From contig RDOA01000071.1 in the NCBI GenBank assembly GCA_011364925.1, positions 1 to 12,280 of the forward strand: a stretch of DNA of 12,280 nt, in the 5' to 3' direction. The notes below the pieces were generated by a model. It did not search any database. It was not told the origin of the DNA and was given only the letters and a program-made list of their open reading frames with translations. Source of the DNA: Promethearchaeota archaeon (GTDB taxonomy: Archaea; Asgardarchaeota; Lokiarchaeia; Sigyniarchaeales; SOKP01). A program made the translations under genes and the position numbers. Below, in pieces: positions 6,872-12,280 of the stretch. Position 1 is the stretch's first letter. Each line of letters opens with the position of its first letter.

Positions 6872-9292
6872 TTATCCATTCTCTAAAAAACTAGCTAAGT
6901 TCTTCTGATTATATCTCCTCAGAACATTAGACTTAATCGACTCTTCGAGTTCAGGGAATTCAAATGGGAAAATGTTCTCGAAAGCTCTTTTCAGCAACTC
7001 AACGTATTTCTTTTTATCGTATTGGTGTTTCTTATTGTCATAAAGATGAGAAAGGATAACTTTCCTCTCAGGAAAATCTGGATCAGCCTCCGCATTAAGG
7101 ATAATATATCGAACATTTTTACCAGGAGACACTACGACGCCTGATCTCTCTAATTGTCTTGCGGCAACAGCCTGGTACGAGTTGACTTTATACTTTTTCG
7201 GCGTACGCGAGATTCTTTGGCGAATTGTAAGTTCATCTCGCGAAATTTTGCCTGTTTCTATTTTATCAATGTATCGATAGAACAAATTCTTTGCTTTCGG
7301 TATTCTTTTCATGAATTCATCGACAGTAGTTGCGCCTTTGAAGATATCGATAAACGCGTATTGGGCGTCTTTTATTATTTTTGGTGCGTCTCTACGGCGA
7401 ACTTCGATTCCTCGCACTTTTACTTCTCCATTGCTTTTGATACCCCAGTAATGGCTAAGAGCTGGGATGTCTGGTTCTGCGCGCGAGGGAAGAAAAGCAA
7501 TAACATTATAGCGTCCATCCCAGCTCATCGGAATACCAGTGGTTTGAGATATTTCATTGGCAATTTGTTTTGTTACTTCCTCGAACTCCTCAGGAGATCT
7601 GTTTTGTATGTCCTTAAGCCAAATCGAATCGACAATTCCATGAACAATTTTACAACCATGTCCTTCAGCAATTTCAGCTGATCGCATAAGAAATTCTCTA
7701 GCAAAAGCGCAAACGGTCTGATGTGCTTCAATCTTCCCAAAACGGGCGTTTTTGAACCCTAAATAGCCGAAACTTACGACAAGCACCCACTTAAGAGCGA
7801 TATCCACAAAGTTATAGCGAACACTTCCGGTTTTTCGCACATATTCTTTGTACTTTAGTCTTTTTTTCAATGGTAGACTTATTGATTTTGAGATTATGCC
7901 TTGTCTTTTTGTACAGATGTGGAAATCCAACCCAGGAACTTTTATGCCGGTGCCGTCCTCTTTGCAACATTTGCAGTTAACAGTTTCGGAAGAGACATTA
8001 AAAGTCGCCATTAAGGATGGATACATGGAAGAAAAATCTAGCTCTACTACTTGATCATAAACTCCAACAATAGGCTCGTAAATGTGTCCGCCACGATCGC
8101 TTTTAATTAAGTCCATTCCAGTATTGAAGCCTTCGGGACTCTTCTTGAAAGGAGGAATCAGATGATCAAGTTTGTAAGCATTATAATACTGTATTGATTG
8201 AAGTGCGCCCCCGATAGTAATGCGACTCAATCTTTGGAGGGGAATTCGTGATATTCGCGCAACTTCAATAACTCCGGGGATATTACCTTCAGAAAAATGG
8301 AGGCTCGCGTATGTTGCTGTGTCTAAATGTATTCTACCGGTTAAATAGACTTGAGTTTTAGACCTTTGCCTGATTATACCATAAGACATGTAGTGGTCCG
8401 AACCTCCAGAAAGCTCAAAGATTCCGTTTGCTAAAGGTTTTTTATCTCGAGATAGGTAAAGGTCTTTCGTTATTCGGTATTTGGAGGCTCGAGAAACCAA
8501 ATATGGAAAGAGAAATTCGTCTCCATTTTGCGTAAGGATAATATCAGGATCAAGGCGCTCGATTACTTTACTTATTGTTCTTATGGTTTCTGCCTCGCTT
8601 ATCTTCTCGATTTGTATTCTACGCTTTTTATACCCATCCGCTCGAGGAACATTATCTTTATCGTTTTCTACTACTGCAATTTCAGCATAGACAATAGGAT
8701 CGTTGTAATACGGTTTGATCCCTTGGTATTGAATTTTCACATCTAGCCAAACAGCTCTTAATGGAGGTAAATCGTAGAAGAGTTTTTCGTTATCGTCTTG
8801 TAAATCTATAGAAACGAGGCGTAAAATATTCGACTCCCTTCTTTTGCCTTTTTCCACTTTGATTTCAAATTGGCAATAAGACATGGGAAAAAGGTCATTA
8901 ACATAAAAGTACATCTGAACAATGGGCAGATCTGTGTTGTATAAAGTAAAGAGTCCAATTTCATCAATTTCTTTAATTGTTTTTTTAAACACTGAAGGCT
9001 TTTCGACAGTGACGCCAAGTATTCTCGACTTCTCGTGATCTTCCAGCTTCACGTACTTTTCGCAGATTCGCACCTTCTTTACGTTTTGATTCTGCGTTAA
9101 AATGTATTGCATTCTTTTGAAGTCGTTCCCAACATCTACATCATTTTTGGGAACTGCAAAGAATTCAGGAGAAAATTTGTGGAAGATTCTTATTACTTTC
9201 TGCTCTTCTTCAGTTTTTACCCAAAGGATAACCCCTTCGCTATATGTAGATACATCTAAGAGCCACCCTTTGAAAGCTATTTGCGTGTCCAC
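6872..9292 (-). CDS. polB2: Family B DNA polymerase, PolB2 (Dpo2) group
   Basis: Motif A LDFSSMYPS, PolB2-type motif B KWVLVVSFGYLG, motif C HGIVDS in place of YGDTDS, and KVRGIEVRRRD. ExoII is degenerate (NGDEFLFPYL). Also N-terminal GWLLD, a CxCC...C cluster and a C-terminal PIP-like QKNLASF. GTG start. Confidence 0.93.
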   Translation of the reverse strand: MDTQIAFKGWLLDVSTYSEGVILWVKTEEEQKVIRIFHKFSPEFFAVPKNDVDVGNDFKRMQYILTQNQNVKKVRICEKYVKLEDHEKSRILGVTVEKPSVFKKTIKEIDEIGLFTLYNTDLPIVQMYFYVNDLFPMSYCQFEIKVEKGKRRESNILRLVSIDLQDDNEKLFYDLPPLRAVWLDVKIQYQGIKPYYNDPIVYAEIAVVENDKDNVPRADGYKKRRIQIEKISEAETIRTISKVIERLDPDIILTQNGDEFLFPYLVSRASKYRITKDLYLSRDKKPLANGIFELSGGSDHYMSYGIIRQRSKTQVYLTGRIHLDTATYASLHFSEGNIPGVIEVARISRIPLQRLSRITIGGALQSIQYYNAYKLDHLIPPFKKSPEGFNTGMDLIKSDRGGHIYEPIVGVYDQVVELDFSSMYPSLMATFNVSSETVNCKCCKEDGTGIKVPGLDFHICTKRQGIISKSISLPLKKRLKYKEYVRKTGSVRYNFVDIALKWVLVVSFGYLGFKNARFGKIEAHQTVCAFAREFLMRSAEIAEGHGCKIVHGIVDSIWLKDIQNRSPEEFEEVTKQIANEISQTTGIPMSWDGRYNVIAFLPSRAEPDIPALSHYWGIKSNGEVKVRGIEVRRRDAPKIIKDAQYAFIDIFKGATTVDEFMKRIPKAKNLFYRYIDKIETGKISRDELTIRQRISRTPKKYKVNSYQAVAARQLERSGVVVSPGKNVRYIILNAEADPDFPERKVILSHLYDNKKHQYDKKKYVELLKRAFENIFPFEFPELEESIKSNVLRRYNQKNLASFLENG

Positions 9293-9294
9293 TT

Positions 9295-9567
9295 CTATTC
9301 TTTTCCTTTTGTTATTTCCTCTAATTCTCCAATCTTTTTTTCCAATAACCCAATTTTTTTCTCTTGCTCAATTGCAAACGATATGAAAAGGATTTCAGAG
9401 AGCATTGGACGAGCGCTTAGACTGCCAGCGTCGGCGTGAATTCTAGCGAAATTCATCAGTTTATCAAAAACTTTTTGATCCTCTGGTCTCAATGCTCTTT
9501 TGAAATCTTTCCAGCTTTCAATCTCGTGCTCTAACGCAGGCCTAAAAGCAGGCACTGTCCGACCCAT
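9295..9567 (-). CDS. Small PolB2-associated helical protein (arCOG07300-like)
   Basis: Signature MGRTVP-x-FR...W-xx-FKRALR-x-ED-xxx-FD-x-L. It ends 2 nt before the polB2 start codon, the usual gene context for this family. Confidence 0.85.
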   Translation of the reverse strand: MGRTVPAFRPALEHEIESWKDFKRALRPEDQKVFDKLMNFARIHADAGSLSARPMLSEILFISFAIEQEKKIGLLEKKIGELEEITKGKE

Positions 9568-9756
9568 ATTTTACACATTTAGTATTGTTTCAGTATCTCG
9601 GTAAAAAGTCTTTCAAAAAATTTAAAGAAAAATACCTTCGAAATTTTCTAATTTTCATTTTGAAAGAAATAGTGTAAGTAAATCCGCACAACAAAAATTC
9701 GTTCGTTTTTCGAAAAATAAAGATATAAATTGGAGATATTTTGATACAGTGATATA

Positions 9757-10494
9757 ATGGTTGATTTAAACATACTTCTTAATTTCATTGGGATGATCTT
9801 TGAAACTTTCATCATTGTGATTTCTGTAGTTTTACTAGTGCTTATCATTAAAAAATACTTAATTAAGCGTCACAATCTAACTCGGTTGCTTCTAATCATT
9901 TTCATTTGTTATCTGATAGCAATTGTGTTTTCTTGGTTATCGAAAGTATTTGTTTTTGCCCAAATAGGCGTAGTTCAAGATGGATCTATTGTTGCTTGGA
10001 TGTATAATCTAGTCAAAGATTTTAGGTTAAGCGAATTCTTTGTAACGATCGCTATTTTCTTATCCTACGTCTTAAAAGTTAATGTATTTGAGAAGGGATA
10101 TAATACGTTACAAAAATATGTTGTAATAGTATTTGGTATATTCGCTTGTGTTTATGTATTGTTTATCTATGAAAGCGGAAATACATTATTAGACATAATA
10201 GCGTTCTTAATCGTTTTCGTATACATGGTTATGGTTTACGCACCCTTTTTACGAAGATCAATAGAAGCATATCGTAGAACTGATGAAAAGGTATATAGAC
10301 AAGCATTTTTATCGTTAGCGGTTATGTCTTTAAGCTTTATGTTAATATTTCTCAATTTCGCCATCGATCGGGTATTGATCTTTTTGGGAAGTCCTGGATT
10401 TACTGTATTTTATTTTCTAGCGTGGATTTCAGCGATTGTTGGGATTTTTGGAACGTACTATGGGTATATAAAACCAAAAGCTAGTGAAAAATAA
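9757..10494 (+). CDS. Hypothetical 7-TM membrane protein
   Basis: Seven hydrophobic segments can be counted in 245 aa. There is no retinal-binding Lys in helix 7. Confidence 0.8.
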   Translation: MVDLNILLNFIGMIFETFIIVISVVLLVLIIKKYLIKRHNLTRLLLIIFICYLIAIVFSWLSKVFVFAQIGVVQDGSIVAWMYNLVKDFRLSEFFVTIAIFLSYVLKVNVFEKGYNTLQKYVVIVFGIFACVYVLFIYESGNTLLDIIAFLIVFVYMVMVYAPFLRRSIEAYRRTDEKVYRQAFLSLAVMSLSFMLIFLNFAIDRVLIFLGSPGFTVFYFLAWISAIVGIFGTYYGYIKPKASEK

Positions 10495-10518
10495 ATACTA
10501 ATTTTCTTTCTTTTTTTT

Positions 10519-10929
10519 ATGGTTGAAGATCTAAAAAACTGGCACGCACCTTGTGGAATTTATTGTAAAAGATGTCCTGGAGTTCAAGCGTATAATTGTA
10601 AAGGGTGCCGAACCCAAGAAGGTCAAATTTTGAAATTTCCAGTATGTAAGACATTTCAATGTGTAACTGAGAAAGGTCACGAATTCTGCTACGAATGTAA
10701 CGATTTTCCATGCGAGAAGTTACAGACAATTGTAAATTTCGAGATTTTTTTGCCTCACAATTCTAAGATCTACAACCTGTTGATGATCAAGAAATTGGGA
10801 CTTTCTAAATGGAATGAGATTTGTGAGGAAAAGTCAGATCTTTATTATATGGGAAAAAAAATCCAATATGGTGGAGATCCTCTAACACTAGAAGAGAAGG
10901 ACCCTAAATTTTATAAAAAGAAGGAATAA
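10519..10929 (+). CDS. Cys-rich metal-binding protein, DUF3795-like
   Basis: Pattern APCG-xx-C-xx-CP...CKGC...C-xxxx-C...KG-x-EFCYEC-x-DFPC. Confidence 0.85.
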   Translation: MVEDLKNWHAPCGIYCKRCPGVQAYNCKGCRTQEGQILKFPVCKTFQCVTEKGHEFCYECNDFPCEKLQTIVNFEIFLPHNSKIYNLLMIKKLGLSKWNEICEEKSDLYYMGKKIQYGGDPLTLEEKDPKFYKKKE

Positions 10930-10935
10930 GGATAT

Positions 10936-11070
10936 TTATTGTTTCGCTTTCCACTCCTTATAGGCCTTTGTCATATTACCGCAATGGATTGCTTTTTTAC
11001 CCGTTTCTTTTTCAAATTTTTCTTGTAATGCCTTTTCAGCTCCAGCAGCGGGAGCTTTCTTTTTTGCCAT
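10936..11070 (-). CDS. Small Lys/Ala/Glu-rich protein, 44 aa (MAKKKAPAAGAEKALQEKFEKETGKKAIHCGNMTKAYKEWKAKQ)
   Basis: Manually translated, ATG at 11070 and TAA at 10936-10938. It fills the gap between the RadA-like gene and the DUF3795-like stop and has protein-like composition. An AGGAG lies about 10 nt upstream of the start. Confidence 0.75.
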   Translation of the reverse strand: MAKKKAPAAGAEKALQEKFEKETGKKAIHCGNMTKAYKEWKAKQ

Positions 11071-11149
11071 AATTTTCAAACTCCTTTTTATTATGTTTAA
11101 TCAATTATTTCTAATTTTCGATGTATACAGATTCTTATTTAAACCTTTC

Positions 11150-11932
11150 TTAAAGATTGATCCAACAGTCTAACGTCGCATTTTTTGTGGAACTTGCTAA
11201 GTTTCTTTTAGGAACGCGCGGTTTCCACTTTAGAAGGCGGTTTTCCGGCAAGTAGGGGTGTTGAACAAGAACGTACTCTGTATATCGCTCGTCTTCGTTT
11301 ATCATTACTAATACACTTCCGAAATGGGAAAGAATCTTTCCACCATTAGGCCTGTAGAGCGAAAATTCGTTTAAAGGCGCAGTTAACACGATTAGAGGTT
11401 TTGTTTTGAAGAGAATTGTCTTGATCCCGTTAATCGCTCGAAGTAAATCCTCAAAAGTCTGCTTTTCGTAGCTCTGAAATAATGTAGTAATACCAGATAT
11501 CAAAACAACTTTTATCTGCTCAAGTTTAGAGAGTCTATTCTCTAAAAGCTCTACCATTTGATCCCAAGTAAACGCGCGAGCAATCAAAATATTCTCTAAT
11601 ACTTTTTTAGGCGAGAGATTTTGAAAAACTGCGAACTTACTTACATCATACGGGTTGAAACGGTTGTTTGCATCAATGAGCGCAACTTTAATATTCTCTC
11701 CGAGACCACCATTATTAAAAGATTTTTGAGCCATAACAGCAGTGGTCAACAAAATGTTCGCACACTTCTTTTTGTCACCATAAAGGAGATGTATCAGGTC
11801 TTTTTGAAGGCCTCCGCCGCCTAATAGTTCATCTAGCGTTGTATCTCCACTTGGAACTGAAGGAATTCCTTTGTTTTTGTTATATACATTTAACCCCGAT
11901 TTGAAAGACATCAAATAAGATATTGTTCGCAT
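11150..11932 (-). CDS. RecA/RadA-fold protein with degenerate ATPase motifs (PolB2-associated, ImuA-like)
   Basis: RadA core motifs SGDTTLDELLGGGG, ALIDANNRFNP and LENILIARAFT-xx-Q. Walker A is eroded (YGDKKKCAN) and the Walker B Asp is lost (VVLISG). There is no N-terminal HhH domain. Confidence 0.88.
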   Translation of the reverse strand: MRTISYLMSFKSGLNVYNKNKGIPSVPSGDTTLDELLGGGGLQKDLIHLLYGDKKKCANILLTTAVMAQKSFNNGGLGENIKVALIDANNRFNPYDVSKFAVFQNLSPKKVLENILIARAFTWDQMVELLENRLSKLEQIKVVLISGITTLFQSYEKQTFEDLLRAINGIKTILFKTKPLIVLTAPLNEFSLYRPNGGKILSHFGSVLVMINEDERYTEYVLVQHPYLPENRLLKWKPRVPKRNLASSTKNATLDCWINL

Positions 11933-11969
11933 AAAATAAAGTTGGGTTACTCCGACAATTTTCTAAAAT

Positions 11970-12224
11970 TTGCTTATGAAGTATATTTATCTTCTAAAGT
12001 ATATGCTTCAGCGAGTATCATTGTTCTCTTTAAATGTAAGGGTGTTTTATGGAGACGGGGAGAGGAGAGTAAAAGTAAAAATAAAAGTGGACGATTTCGC
12101 TCGAGCTTTTGAATCGCCGACAAAAATAATAGAAGTGACTGTTGAGCTTTCCAAGGATTTAATCTTAGCTTCTTCGTCCAAAAATCAAGGGAAAATGATC
12201 ACTATATCAAAACTTTATAACTAA
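11970..12224 (+). CDS. Possible small hypothetical protein (start uncertain, perhaps GTG at 12042)
   Basis: Open frame only; no motif recognised. Confidence 0.25.
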   Translation: MLMKYIYLLKYMLQRVSLFSLNVRVFYGDGERRVKVKIKVDDFARAFESPTKIIEVTVELSKDLILASSSKNQGKMITISKLYN

Positions 12225-12280
12225 TTCTAGCAATAATTAATATTAACACATTTTATTTAATCAAAAACGGAAAATATGAG

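Noticed and set aside
7154-9386. ORFs 7154, 7848, 8481, 8528 and 9102 (+) and 8806 (-)
   Set aside because: These are shadow frames overlapping the well-supported polB2 gene and have no motifs.
9648-11824. ORFs 9648..9848, 10517..10729 and 11621..11824
   Set aside because: They overlap supported genes in antisense and have no recognisable features.
11150-11932. Calling this gene radA or radB
   Set aside because: It has no GxxxxGK[TS] motif and no Walker B Asp; it is a degenerate paralog.
1-12280. CRISPR array, tRNA, rRNA, transposase, integrase or reverse transcriptase
   Set aside because: I saw no repeat-spacer periodicity, cloverleaf, rRNA signature or relevant protein motif by inspection.

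Overview
AT-rich archaeal chromosomal window. The TBP-repeat style, longin/DENN-like fusion and many polytopic membrane proteins suggest an Asgard (Lokiarchaeia-like) host, but this is inference. The right half carries the archaeal PolB2 damage-tolerance module: polB2, a small partner protein, and a RadA-like protein with degenerate Walker motifs. Two opposite-strand genes and a tiny basic ORF split this module. The left half has membrane proteins, a GyrI-like protein, a DUF6054-like protein, a Nudix hydrolase, and an unusual fusion of an AbrB-like domain, a longin/uDENN-like domain and a single TBP repeat. The most striking unexplained feature is an ORF-free stretch of about 730 nt (5521-6249). 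On the minus strand it reads as a large, highly structured RNA: several UUCG-capped hairpins, G-U wobbles that work only on that strand, paired 5' and 3' ends, crossing long-range helices, an upstream TATA box and a downstream U-tract. I do not recognise it as any known RNA family. I also found three small proteins missing from the ORF track, two of which are tandem paralogs.
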